A stretch of 58,022 nt of DNA, filler included, from Circinaria calcarea (Eukaryota), in NCBI GenBank assembly GCA_051942165.1. It is 6 parts of 6 records of this genome, joined end to end, with 100 filler letters (N's around TTAATTAATTAA, not from the genome) between each part and the next. Parts side by side here need not be neighbours in the genome. Positions count along the whole stretch, not along the records: positions 9,702 to 19,298 come from JAVECS010000909.1; positions 19,399 to 28,993 come from JAVECS010000910.1; 4 more parts are not named here. One strand, given 5' to 3'. A program made the translations under genes and the position numbers. The notes under the pieces are model-generated. The model was not told the DNA's origin, searched no databases, and worked only from the letters and a program-made list of their open reading frames with translations. Position 1 is the first letter of the stretch. The number at the start of each line of letters is the position of its first letter. Shown here in pieces: positions 12,476-25,085 of this stretch.

Positions 12476-13699
12476 CTATGGAATTTTACATGTCGTTACG
12501 GGCAGCCTCTGGGCTATGGCTTTCCAAGTACAGGTATTAAGTTCGTCTCCTGGATTCGTCCAAGCCTCTTTTTGCTGGAAGATTGTGATATTCGCGTGGG
12601 GTGGAAGGGCGTTCAACCCGGTCAGGCCACGCTTCCCCGTTCGACCGCTAAACCGCCGAGGCCGGGCCTGATGCCCATAATAAGCCCTTCCTCCTTCCGG
12701 AGCACCAAAGGGATGTTGGACACAGACAGTTATCAAAGCACTCACGGCGCTGCGAATTTGTTCCCAGGTGAGTAAGAGGGCTACGCTTGCCGATATGGCC
12801 AGATAGCAGGTATTCGAGTGGAGAAAGGTCACCTGTCCCGGTCCAACCGACACGGTATCCGAAGCAGGACCCAGCTGACTCCATTCGATCTTGGCGCAAT
12901 CGACCGACGGAGGACTGCCTAACTTAGCATCGCATTCGTAGGTCATTTGGTCAGCCTCCGAGGCCGGTTGCCACCACGGTGTTTGACCACCACGCGTCAT
13001 TGCCTCTGCTTTCCTCATCCAGTTTTTGGCACTTGCTTCGTAGAGTAACTCGCTTCCGCTGTTCAGCGGTGCCTGAGCGTATCGGCCTGTAAACTTTTCA
13101 GCCATAGCATCTGCCACGCCAGGGTCAAAGTTTCCTGGAGCCATTAATCTCCGGGTTATGGAACTGATTGTGATGGTGACGAAGGTAGTACGAAAGGATA
13201 ATGAAGATAGAGCGGCGGCGGGCACTTGGGAGAGAGGATAGATGGCGTCCACCAAGTCGTGGATTCCGTATGTCGCGAAGCCTCCAACATCTTGCTCATG
13301 TACGCAGTCGTGAAGAACTGCAGCAGCTGTGTCCCGAATCTTCCTGGGAACTATCCGAAGGATCGAGGGTATGTTGGGCCCGGCTGATTCAACGGAGACA
13401 GCGCATTCGCCTGATGGAGTTAGGCCTTGATATCCGAAAGCCCAAGATACTCGAGAAGATCTCGAAGAGTGCTCACCTGAAATAATGCTGAGTGGCAAAC
13501 TGAAGGCATTTGGATCACTCGATGGTTGCTTCAGCTGGTAGTCCACCGGCTCGCCTGGGGTCCTCCAATGCTTTGCCAAAGGAAGCTGGTCTACGGCATC
13601 GAAGCAATGAAACCGCCTGAGTTGCTCACCATAGGAAGGATGGCAGAGCCGGAAGTCGGGGTGCGCAGGTAAATTGGGAGGTGTCAGTAGATCGGTCAT
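12476..13699 (-). CDS. Cys-rich protein with two tandem KP4/Ecp2-like domains (in-frame intron 13411-13476; true N-terminus uncertain)
   Basis: Two copies of a C..G....C / C.I / I...A..V/L...CV....GG pattern. Removing the 66-nt GTGAGC..CTAAC..CAG intron gives FSLPLSIISGECAVSV. The fold call is pattern-based only. Confidence 0.7.
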   Translation of the reverse strand: MTDLLTPPNLPAHPDFRLCHPSYGEQLRRFHCFDAVDQLPLAKHWRTPGEPVDYQLKQPSSDPNAFSLPLSIISGEHSSRSSRVSWAFGYQGLTPSGECAVSVESAGPNIPSILRIVPRKIRDTAAAVLHDCVHEQDVGGFATYGIHDLVDAIYPLSQVPAAALSSLSFRTTFVTITISSITRRLMAPGNFDPGVADAMAEKFTGRYAQAPLNSGSELLYEASAKNWMRKAEAMTRGGQTPWWQPASEADQMTYECDAKLGSPPSVDCAKIEWSQLGPASDTVSVGPGQVTFLHSNTCYLAISASVALLLTWEQIRSAVSALITVCVQHPFGAPEGGRAYYGHQARPRRFSGRTGKRGLTGLNALPPHANITIFQQKEAWTNPGDELNTCTWKAIAQRLPVTTCKIP

Positions 13700-16408
13700 G
13701 ACTATGTTTGTGTAACCGTGATGGAAGAGGTCTGCGAGGCTCCTGCAGGGCTTCTAGATTTCTCAACAATTGTACCCACAGCTACTTGGCACGGGATATA
13801 GACATATATTGAGGGGGCATGAAAGCAGCTTGAAGATGTCCCGATCCATTGTTGCGCAAACAGAGTTTCGTTTCAAAAAAAATAGCATGTTTCGGTCTTG
13901 CCACCTACACTTCCAGTTTATACGCGCTTCCCATGAAACTAACGAAGTAATAGACTCATAAAAGACGTCGGAGTGCAATATCGAATCTTGACTTCGCCCC
14001 ACAGTGAGCTTGCTGGCGTCGAAGTAGACTGTTCGAGTCACAAAATGATTTTGCCAATATTCAGATCTGGTCTGGCGAGAAATATGTTGCGGGTTCCTCG
14101 AACGCAGCAGCACTTCCGGGGCTCTTGTACATTGAAGAACTTCTCCAGCTCCCAGGCACCTCGTACCTGAGCCATAGGGAGCTAACACTGGGTTGGCCGC
14201 AGTCGCTCATGAGCCTTCCGGATCCAGGAGCACTGGAACCTTAAAGCACCCCTTTCTAGACATTATGGGCCATTTCAATTTAAGATCGGACATCGAGTGG
14301 TAGATTGACAGCTTTGTCCGTATGGTTGAATGTCGTAGATTAGGCATCTCTCCATGAGCAACTTTCCCTCCAATGAAGTCTGGAATCATGATGGCAGTTT
14401 CCAACCTTGTAAGACCACGGTCTGTTCATTGCTATAACTAGCTATTGATGTAGACGTTGATTGGTACGATTCTTCCAGCGGTACGGATTCAAGCCAGAGG
14501 GTCACGCAATTCACTAGGATAGAATTAGTCATAGACGTATAGCTTGAACTCTTCGGTCACGATTATATTCCCGCAGCATTCAGAGCCCAAACCCTACCTA
14601 CAAGAACCCACAGAAAAGTCCCAATCGGGGGCCTAAGAGTCCGGAGAACAAAAGCAAAGACGGTAACCTTTCAAGTAACGTAAAATATGAAGAGAGCTAA
14701 CATGGGATGATTCGCTGCAACTTGCTTAAGACTTATCTGACTTGGAGCCATGGAGTTTTCATTGGGCAGCAGGTTCCCTTCTGTGTACTTTTCACCAAAG
14801 GGAGAGTAAACACACCAGGATGCCGGTCCATTCCGGTGACTCGAAGCTGACCGATACACTTTCGGTTTGTTCTATTGAGTCTCGGCTGATAAGTGGACAT
14901 CTGCGCATCTCACAATTAATTAGGTGACATTGCCGGCCAATGCCGAGATATCTTAGCGTCAAATTCAAGCAGTCTTGATATACTACTGTGAGAGGTACGG
15001 GGATGAATTTATCTGTAAGGTTCAAAGAAGACAATTTCTGACATGTAGGTGGTTGACTGATTGGTAGAACAAGTCAATCAAAGCCGCGGCTTACAAGCCT
15101 CATCTCCTCGCGCAATGTCGGAACCACACGTCACTATATCGCCCTCGGTTACTTGGCCAGCCATCCTTGGCCGTTCGTTCGACACGACCGCGATTGCATT
15201 CCACGGCCTTTGCTTGGACGTCTCTTGAAGCCAACGCTGAAGACCAGGGGTCATGATTGGGCTCTTCGAGCGTTGACGATCGGCGGTTTCTGACCGTGGT
15301 CGACGGGTATGTTCCTCGGAATAGACCTAACACTTGTGAGGAAGAGCGTGTGGTACAGCAGAATCAGGGGCATTTCTACCATTGTTTCTCGCTCGCGATG
15401 CCCTCCGAACAGAGGTAGAGTAAGCTGATCTCAGCGGTTTGACAACTTTAATCCCCACGGATGGAAAAATCTCCCCGAATCAGTTGCGATGGCTATAAAT
15501 GGCGGAGGAACATGCGAACATCTGAGCTTTATGTACAAGCAGTCGATATGCTGGCGGGCAGTCGTCCATGTTGAGGACCTGTAGCTCATGGATGCTAGCT
15601 GTCACCATACAAGCCCACTAAATCCCACAAAAGGGCTTTCCCGCCCACAAACAGTGGCGGAAAGAGGCTAATCCGCCCGAATTTCTTGTTCTTGTATAGC
15701 TGACAAGTGGCAGCATCGAGGTGATGGCTGTTACTAGCTTCGTTCACAGCAGGATTGCTTATGTCATGCAGGAAAGTCCCCTCTTTTGGAGGGTGGAAAA
15801 GGGCGAAAACTGCCCATTCCGCCCAACCTGCATTGCGCTCCTACCATCCTCGTACTGATCAGCATCACCGTCATTCCCACTGAAGATGTATCTAAGGAAG
15901 CCTCTATTGCTTCATTGGCCTGGGAAGATGCTTGGAAGTAGAGCCGCAGCTTTTCATGCATGCCATTCACGCTACGATATGATCGAGCCCGAGCAGAGAA
16001 GAAGACCTATTCCTCTCTTTCCTGCAAATCCAAGACATGTACTCTACCTACGCGCGATCTTTCTACCTAATGAGCCGTCAATGGCTCTGACTTCGGACAA
16101 TCCTCCTTGATATCCGCGAGCCCTGTTTGTTGATGGGTACGGCCCTTCCCGACTCGGCCTTCGGTCTGTGCCATTGAACCCAAAACCACCAAAGCGGTTT
16201 CCTATAGCTCATTGGGTATGCCACAATATTCAGGGCTTGGTCGCAGGGCCTGGTCGCAATGCTCAACCACCCAAACCATCAACAAGTAAGAACCCACGCA
16301 CCATTATGTATAGGTTTTGTTCTGTCTGACTGACAGGACTACCGGAAGACTTAGGTCCTAGCCCATGAACTGTATGTTCCGGACATTCAACTGTTCCTTT
16401 GCACAAAG

Positions 16409-18204
16409 ATGTCTGGCTATCAGAATTTCAACTATTTCCCAAGCTATCAGCAACAGGCCCTCGAAACAACGGACGACATCGCAAATAATCAGGTGGGGGA
16501 CCAGCCATATCAGCTTTTCCCTGACGGCGTTGAATTTCCATTCGACTTCGATGGAGAGTTCATGGGATATCCTGATTACTGGAGCTCACCACTGGAGGAT
16601 AACAATGGCTTACCACTGGAGGATAAAAATGGCTCACCACTGGTGCATGACAATATAGATCACCGCGTTGAACCATACCCTATACCTACGTCGAATACGC
16701 CAAATACTTCGTTCACTACTGGGAAAGCCAGTGGAGTTAGGAGCACGAAGAAGAACATCATGGGTCCCCAAGGAAGCGCCAAGAGAGTTGAAAAACGATA
16801 CGGACCCGGTACCAATAAGAATAGACAAGTTACTTCGGCTCGGTTGCAGAGATCAAAACCAAAGGTGTTTGGACAGCCAAATCTGTCCTCTGCAGCGTCC
16901 AACGGCTGCATTCAGTGGCTTCGAAATTTCCCCGGCGTCCTTCCAGATGAGAGCGAGGTTTACGGATTGCATCTCGCATATCATGCGCCAGTTGACTTGC
17001 TTCGTGAATGGTTCCAGTGGCATATGGGGTTAGAAAACAGAGGCTCTGATAATGAAAAACCAACGACTCCGGAGCTTAAGATCACTTTTCCATACAGGGA
17101 TAACCGGAGAAAATGCAATCGAAAAAATTCTAGGACTTATAATTACTCAGCAGAGAGTATCATTAGAGACGAGCAAAAACCTTATGCTTGTACCTCCCGT
17201 TGTGGTGCCAAGTTTAAGTCCAAGGAAAGTTGGAAAAAGCACGAAGAAATAAACTACCCACAAGAACTTTGGTATTGCTCCAATGGGAACTGCAATTCGA
17301 AGCCAGCAAGGAAACGTGTAAGCTTTCGCAAAGATCATTTTAGGAATCATTTATGTAAATACCATGGCCACAAGCAAGTCTCCGATCAGGTTTTCCGAGG
17401 ATCCAGGCTCCCAATCGGCAGTTCATTTAGCAGACAGTGTATTCTCCACAACTGTGACGAATACTTCGATAGTTGGAAGGAAAGAATTAATCACATTGCT
17501 AAGGAGTTTGAAAAACCCTGGGACATAGCGGAATGGAGAGATTTAGATCAAGAAATTAATGATGCGGACAGAGAAACGGATAGCGATGACAATTTGGATA
17601 CTTCCGATGACGACTCCAGTAATTCGGATGACAGTCCTGATAACCCTGGAGCAAGTGCGGAGCAAGATTTCGGACCAAGCTCAGGACCAAGCTCAGGACC
17701 AAGCTCAGGATCTGGATCTGGTCGAGGTCATCGTTATTCTGGGCAGCTCGGACCTAGTTCCAACAGTTACTCATATGATCACTACAGCAGTGATGCTAGA
17801 GGTCCATACCAGAACGGCTTTCACTCGCAATGGCAAGCCACTCAATGCCCACAGGATCAACAAATTACTGTGCCGGAGGTGCGCCCTGTAATACAGTTGC
17901 CATTGAGAACGCGGCTCCCACTAGAGATCGATTTGCTCACGATAACGGAAGCTGTTCAAGGTTAGTCGATCTTTGATGAGATCCTAGCGGCTTGTAGCTG
18001 ATATTAGACTTGAACAAGATAACCCATGTAAGCAAATCATACCGCCAGAAAGTCCAATCGGCAAAGCAGACACTGTCTTCGATCGAAGTACCGGATCAGA
18101 AACAGAAAGGGAACCAGAATGCAATGAACTCTCTTCCTTCGGAGAAGATAAGCGATCGAGAAGTAGCATGGCAGATTCCGATCTTTCCGCATCTCAACCA
18201 TTAA
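16409..18204 (+). CDS. Putative transcription factor with a degenerate homeodomain-like segment and C2H2-type zinc fingers (exons 16409-17960, ~18009-18204)
   Basis: QWLRNFPGVLPDESEV...LLREWF, YACTSRCGAKFKSKESWKKHE, FRKDHFRNHLCKYH, CILHNCDEYFDSWKERINHIAKEF, followed by an acidic tract and GPSS repeats. Confidence 0.75.
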
Positions 18205-19298
18205 CGAACATGAGTTGCAGTTCCTCGAGTATATCAACAAGGTACATTAGACTCAGAACCTAACCTTCGCTATGTTATACTAACCCTTTACACTATAGCG
18301 CCACTGATGTATCGACTCCAAAGATAAAAATCCTTAGTTCCACCGCTCTCAAAGCGGCAGCAAAGCCTGTTGTCATCTCGTACAAACCTTCACTTTCATC
18401 GCGGGACTTCTCTTGTCCTCCTAGCACCAAAGGCATGGATGGCAGATACCACCGGTAACGATTTTATTCCTCGTTGATTCACTTATCGGACGTTTTTGTT
18501 GGTTAGCACGGATTCCCTATAGCGTACACAAAATTCAGCTTAGCGATTGGGTGTTTACTGCGGCCTGAAGGAATCAAGAAGACTGGAAGAGCTCATACTG
18601 CATTATCAGACTCCCTGATGGATTTCGACCGAAGATTTAGAATTCATTGCATTGAGCCAAAGGTCTTCTTCATACACTATCGTGTGTTTACTGTATAGGA
18701 AACGGCTATTTACACTGCTGGGTACCTGCAGATGAGGAAAGTAGCGGCACGGTGTATCTAAAAGTTTTGTGATAAGGAGCAATATAATCATCACACGTCC
18801 TATAATACAAACTTTCATGTAAACAAACTATGCCTTCCATATCGATCACTGGTGGGAAGGCGTTGTAATGGTTGGAGGTTAGCTGGATTTAACGGGCCTA
18901 GTAAAATTACGGTATTCCATCTCGGTTGCTCCGACTGTAGCCCCCATCAAAACTACAAGGCAGCTTTACTCTTTGTCTCTTTCCCTTATTAGTTCTTTCC
19001 ATCTGCATATTTCATCTCCTCCGGGCGCGTCTGAAAATCTTGTCATACGGTGTCTGGCAAACCAGGGGCGGAGAGCCTAGAAGAATCTTTTTCCTTTTCC
19101 GCGCCTCCCTCTCAGAACCCCTCTCTCTCCAGAAGACTCGCGCCTAGTCTCTTACGGACTACGGCTCTTCCTGGTCCCAAACGTCAATGCAATATTCCAA
19201 CAGCTTACCGGCCTCACGAAAGATACTGCAGACCTCCGTGCCGATCGATCAATACACAGCCCCCCTTTCTCTTTCGCCCCTTTCCTCCCTTCCCTCCT

Positions 19299-19398
19299 NN
19301 NNNNNNNNNNNNNNNNNNNNNNNNNNNNNNNNNNNNNNNNNNTTAATTAATTAANNNNNNNNNNNNNNNNNNNNNNNNNNNNNNNNNNNNNNNNNNNN
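19299..19398. other. Artificial contig linker
   Basis: N44-TTAATTAATTAA-N44. Confidence 0.99.
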
Positions 19399-20022
19399 GG
19401 GGAGGATATGATGGGAGATGGGCAATGGGAAGACTGTGGCTAATTTGGGGATGCGGGGGAAAATAGTACCGAGTGGACCGAGGAAGATACCGGAGGGATA
19501 CGATGATTGAAATTGGAGGGAAAAAGAGGATGGGTGAGAGGGAGATGGGAAGGGGTATATGGAGGGACTCTGAGGAGGTAGGAACATCGTTCCAGGGGAG
19601 GAATAATGTGGAGATGGTAAAGTTGTGTGTACACTGTCACAGATGAGTAGGATGGAAGTTACGGTCGAGGGTGAAAATAGCTCGGGGACGTGAGATGTTG
19701 CCAAGGTGTAAATATGTACTCGGCATCCGTTTGCAAAGCGTTACTGGTTTTACCGTTTGAGAGCACAAGGGCAAGCATACACGTGGATGAGGAGTTTCTT
19801 CCATTGATTTCTCCATGTTCAGCTATCGAACCCCATATGTTTAAGCCAGGCCACAAGGTGCCTTCTCTACCTTTCAACGAAAACATATGGGTTTGTTTGT
19901 CGATCTCGCTGCTCTGTCCACCCATGAAATCTACCACCGATGTAGTCTGAGAAGGAAGTCCGCTAGTAGCCTCATACGAGCCGTACCAACTTCCATTCCC
20001 TCTCCGCCTCTATCCATCTTAT

Positions 20023-21314
20023 TTAATCACTCTTCTCACCCTCCGATCCCTCCGCCATCTGCATATCACCCCGACCTCCACAAACCGCCTCAACCCCAAT
20101 ACCCCCCTCCGTAGCCCACGGATAATCCTCCTTGTCGACATCGAGACTCAACAAATGCTTAATGGTGCGATCCCCCTCACGGATCTCCAGCTGGGTGTTA
20201 TTGACCAACAGCGGCGCGACGAGCTTCTGGATATCCTCCTTGATTACGTTCAAGTGGTTGTCAAACACCGTCTGGCCCTTCTTGCTCATGGGGCAGAACT
20301 CGTGGAAGTTGGCGCGCTGGGTTTGATTGAGGTAGGTCTCGCCGCCGCGCGAGAGGCGGACGTAGAACGCCCAGCCGCCGTCCTTGGCGTCCTTGTTGGC
20401 CTTTTCCGTCACCTGGGTGGCCACGTAGTGGCGGGCGAGGGCGATGCCCATCCAGGAGTAGACGTCGTTGGCGTAATCGTTGCGGCCGGGGTTGGAGCCG
20501 GCGTCCTTTTGGACGCTGTCCGGGTAGTGAGAGACGATGCGAATCTCGCGTGCTTGCTTGACCATCTGAAACTCGTTGAATTTCCGCTCGACAATGGGCA
20601 GGAGGTCGACCGACAGCAACTCCTTCTTCTCGTCGCTCAGCATCATCCACTGTCCGACGAGATGGATGAGCGCATCCTTGAAGATTGTAGGCGATTGGAT
20701 ACGGAAGGACAAGTTTATCCAGGCCACCGGATTGGTAGCGATGGACTTGAACAGGACTTGGCCTTGACGAAGCAGAGCAATGTCGATTGATTCGCGCACG
20801 ACAGCGATGGCACCATATCCTTCAGCCGTACCAATCAAACCCATACAGTCGCGAAGAATGGTAGCGAGGTTCTCGGTATTGATTTCGAGAGCGATGTTGT
20901 ACAGGGCACGGAACAGGTTGTCAAAGAAGAGGAATGCAGGTTTCGTCACCTTTCCATTCTCAAGATCCACTCCACTAGCAGCTTCTATATCCTAAGAGAC
21001 ACGATAAGAAATTAGTGAGGTTTAGACGTAGGTTTTTGGGCACGGCAAGAAGAGAGTAAGAAACCTACTCTATGGACGAAATGACCAATTTCAGTGTCAT
21101 CGGCCACCCAATCGAGGCGGTAGCGGATTGTCGCGCCATCTTTCTTGGCTTTCGAAGACAGAGTAGCCCCGTGCTCTTCGGGAAGTAAACACGCGAAGAG
21201 ATCAGAGCTATGGCGGAGAATACTCGCGTGAAGACGATAGACGCGTCCACCGGAGAGTACAATCATAACGTCGCCATCGGGGAACTTTGGAAACTTGGTT
21301 TCCAAGGGTGGCAT
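20023..21314 (-). CDS. Fungal BTB/POZ-domain protein (~404 aa; exons 21314-21069, 20991-20023)
   Basis: FPDGDVMIVLSGGRVYRLHASILRHSSDLFACLL (BTB start) and AWINLSFRIQSPTIFKDALIHLVGQW. Canonical intron. Confidence 0.8.
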
Positions 21315-22514
21315 CTCGAAGTCGTCACTGACAGGTATAAGCAGAGTGTTTCCCAGTTTCAATTAGGGAGATGTGTGGCTATCACATGGATACAGTTGAC
21401 TTGAGACTATGGTTTTCTAAAACAGGTGCTTCCGTGCAGTGATGACAGTCAAGGATTGGTGGTCTTGGAGATGAAGTAGATGTGAAGATGTGAAGATGTG
21501 CAAGATGGTGTGGTAGGAAGGATGATGCGAAGGAGAGATGTTGTGCGTGCTGAGCCAAGTTAAGGCCGAGAAGCGAACTGAAGCGAGTCGGTCCAGTGAA
21601 CGCTCGTATGCAGACCTTCACGAGAAACTATCAAAGCAACTACTAGCTCGTGGGAATGCAGGGCGAAGAAATATCATACAGAGATTATAAAAGGGATCGT
21701 TCTACTTACAGACTAAACGCTTCCTTTTCAAGCAAACTTGTGTAACGTGTATCTCTGTGGCGAAGAATTAGCATCATCATCTAGTATAAACCTATGCAGA
21801 TCTCAAAGGGGGTGTCGTCTGCGCGTGTAAGTATATTACAGTACGTAAAGGTGAACATGGATGAGGTAAAACACATAGTAAATTGGTGCTGCATCTCGTA
21901 TGCTTGGAGAGCTGTAAACCAGTTACAGCTGAAGGACAGTGCATCTCAAGGTAGAAGTTTGCACCACACCAGGATGCAATAGGACGATGGATGTGTAAAG
22001 AGCAAGCAGTAGAATGCAAGGCTAGCTCTTGAGTAGGTACCCTGTGGACAGCTACATCGCGAGCAGATGGGCTATAAGCCAAGGGCCTCTGGCGCACCTG
22101 CTCCACGGGTGTGCTGTGTAAACACGGAGAGTGCTTGGAGTGTATATCGACGCTGTAGAAGAGCCCACAGTGTGTAAAGATAGAAGTTACTTACTTCTTC
22201 ATGGTTCTGACGTGGGACGAAGTGGCTGCTGATGCTTCAGTCTTGGGTCAAAGTGGTTGTTGATGCTTCAGTGGATGGCAGGTGGAAGAATCTTCAAGTG
22301 CGATGAGTCTCGAACGCGTTGGAATTAGCCTGAAATCAGCCTTAACATAAGAAACCAATCATAGGCTCATGATTTTCGCCACCAGTCGACAGTGGTGGTG
22401 CGGCTCTGCGCTAAGTAGAAGAGCAAAATTTATGCAACCAGGCACATATGATGTCGCAGCCACCCTCGTACATGAATACCTTGGAACTTGAATCTTAGTG
22501 AGAGAAGTAATAGC

Positions 22515-23858
22515 CTAGACCTTCAATCGCCCAAAGTCTTTCACTAATGGAACAGCTAGGTTGGAGGGCACTGTTTTCCCACTTGGCCAAACTTTCTGCC
22601 CTGCTCGAAAACCTATCCCATCACAGCTTCCCTTGTCGAATTCGAGACCTAACATCTGTTCGACGACCCATCTCGCAGTCTGAGTGTGAAGACTTCCCTC
22701 ATTGTTCTTACCACTGTCTACTACCGCTCTTCCTTCCGACAAGGCTTGGAATACTATCAATTGATCTTGTAAGTGTTCGTCCACACATCCTCCATGCGCT
22801 AGCTCATGACTTAGGTCTCCCACCACCTTTCCAACCAAGTCTTTTGCATGCTCATCCATTGTGGCCTCCTTGACCCTCCGGTCAAAGAGCCAGTCACGGC
22901 CAAGTCGATATCCATTAGACGTCTCTGCTACCAACAAGAGGTAAAGACGCTTGGGGTGTCTTGAATCATCATCAACAGGAAAAAGGACTTCAACATCCGG
23001 AAAGACTCTTTGAACTTTGTCAAGCACCCTTTCCCTTACTGTTGCCCTTGCAGCAGAATTGGGGGCGATTATAGATGCGTGAATCTTTATCAGATTCCCT
23101 CTATCCTCAAAGCGAAACGCGGGCAAGCTTGATTCCGGCTTCAATGGTGTTATGTCAAGTGTGACACTTCCGACGCTCGTTGTTCCCATGGACCACCCAC
23201 GACGCTGTAATGTCATTTTGATAGGCTCTATACCAAGTTTCAACTCGAGCATAGGGAAAAGCACTTGAGAAGCATATTCATAGGAAAGAGACTGAGTAAC
23301 ATTCGTGCCGCCCGCAATGATGAGACGCAATGGAACAACACTTGGACCAAGGTTAAGGTTTGAATGAGCTGAAAGCAGTATATAGGGAAGTATCGCCTGC
23401 AATACTAGGAAAATGGACCCGGGAGTTGACATTCGAATATGTGAGTCCCTTCTGACAAGGACACCATCTATATATATATCGTTCCATACTCCAGCATCTG
23501 ACTCGTTGGTCCTGGCATCCTTTATACCGGGAAATTTACCGGCATCGGTTGTCGACGCCAGTGGTGAATCTACCTCAGGGGCAGTTAGGGGCCGGAAAAG
23601 CAAGTCTCGACTCTTTACTGCCATTCCTGCCGTTTCTGCTCCTGTAGCTCTGGCAAGCCATTCAACGCCTGCCAAGTGAGAGGACTTTAGCCCTCCAGCT
23701 TCTCCTTTACCCGATTTGGGAGCCCGCTTGCCACGAATATCAGTTACGTGTATCGGAACGCCGGTAAGAGAAGACAGAGTCAGGGCCACACGGAGTAACT
23801 GGCCACCACCCTCCAAGGTAGTCCCATCGAGATGAACAGGGTTGGATGAGGCTGCCAT
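22515..23858 (-). CDS. rtcA: RNA 3'-terminal phosphate cyclase (RtcA-type), single exon
   Basis: LDGTTLEGGGQLLR, IRGKR, GGTNV, VDEHLQDQL (adenylated-His motif region) and SLHTQT. Confidence 0.9.
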   Translation of the reverse strand: MAASSNPVHLDGTTLEGGGQLLRVALTLSSLTGVPIHVTDIRGKRAPKSGKGEAGGLKSSHLAGVEWLARATGAETAGMAVKSRDLLFRPLTAPEVDSPLASTTDAGKFPGIKDARTNESDAGVWNDIYIDGVLVRRDSHIRMSTPGSIFLVLQAILPYILLSAHSNLNLGPSVVPLRLIIAGGTNVTQSLSYEYASQVLFPMLELKLGIEPIKMTLQRRGWSMGTTSVGSVTLDITPLKPESSLPAFRFEDRGNLIKIHASIIAPNSAARATVRERVLDKVQRVFPDVEVLFPVDDDSRHPKRLYLLLVAETSNGYRLGRDWLFDRRVKEATMDEHAKDLVGKVVGDLSHELAHGGCVDEHLQDQLIVFQALSEGRAVVDSGKNNEGSLHTQTARWVVEQMLGLEFDKGSCDGIGFRAGQKVWPSGKTVPSNLAVPLVKDFGRLKV

Positions 23859-25085
23859 ATTCCTTTTGTTACGCTCGCGTCGTCTTCCGGTAATTGATAT
23901 AAGAGATAAATGGCCGGACCAGCTGGAAATGCAATCAAGGCGGCTTTTGCAAGAAGCTTTCTAGATGAAGGGTGAGTTTGAGCTGGTTCCTACATCGAAG
24001 CTCCATCCCGGCAGGAGAAGTCACTATTATCAAGACATTTCTATGATGATTCATACTCTACAATGATTCAGAGGTTGAAAAAAGTCTTGCATAGGGCGAA
24101 GCGATAGGGTTTAGCGCTCGGCAATGGCGCTTATAGAGGCGAATACGAGGTACTCTAACATAAAAAGTCATTGATTCACAAAGTCAGTTCTTGTTATCAC
24201 CTGTAATCACTGTATATAATAAGGAAAGCAAGTACATCTCCTATTAAAAACCATTAGCTTAGTGTACGGATTACTATCATCTAGTTATCCAACTTGAATC
24301 TACATTGGGCAATTCCTTGACTCTATTCCCACATGGCTAACTTGATCTTCCACTCATCATACCCATTACAACATTCCAAGCCATCTACCTAAATATCATG
24401 AACCCGATCCCTTCTCTCCTCTCTCGCCCTCTTTTCTTTCCTCGGCCTCGCAGCTCCCAGCCCATCTTCCTGCCTCCAACCATTCTCCATTCCCCTCCTT
24501 CAATCCTCGTACTCGACCTGTGGCAGCCAGTCAAGAACCATCACATTCACTATTTTCGATTCTTAACACTGAGGGAATTGCGACGTTATGTACTGATACC
24601 TGGTAAGTAGAACAATCCATTTCATCTTTCGAATCCCATCCTTTATCACCAACCTCATCCATGACAACTCCTATCACATCCTTGGACCAATGGACCAAAA
24701 AACATAAGAGTTGATTAATCTATGTTCCGGGATATAGGTTATCTCCCCACCCAGTTCCGGGATCGTACTTACCCTGTAACGACACCCATTTCGACTTCAA
24801 ATTCACTTGCTGTGATAGCTGGGGCGTTCTCAATCTGACCATCAAACCCAAGCACCTAGTCGGAGCGATCTCGATTCCAACTGCAAACTTTACCTGTACA
24901 CATGCAGGTATATATATTGGTGTTTGCGCGGGTAACTTTGAAGTTTCAGTCGGCCGAGAAGACGGAGGAGACTGGTGCGTTGGCAATGGCTGGATCACGC
25001 TGGTATCTAATCACGCGTTAGCTACTGAGTTGTTTTGGATAGGTGGCCGAACGAAGTGGCTTTGAATGAGATTGATTCACGTTTC

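Noticed and set aside
13763..15970. Short ORFs in the contig-2 intergenic region
   Set aside because: No motifs or consistent splice chain; treated as non-coding or unrecognisable relic.
24040..24150. C/D-box snoRNA suggested by ATGATGA
   Set aside because: No downstream CTGA D box or terminal stem found.
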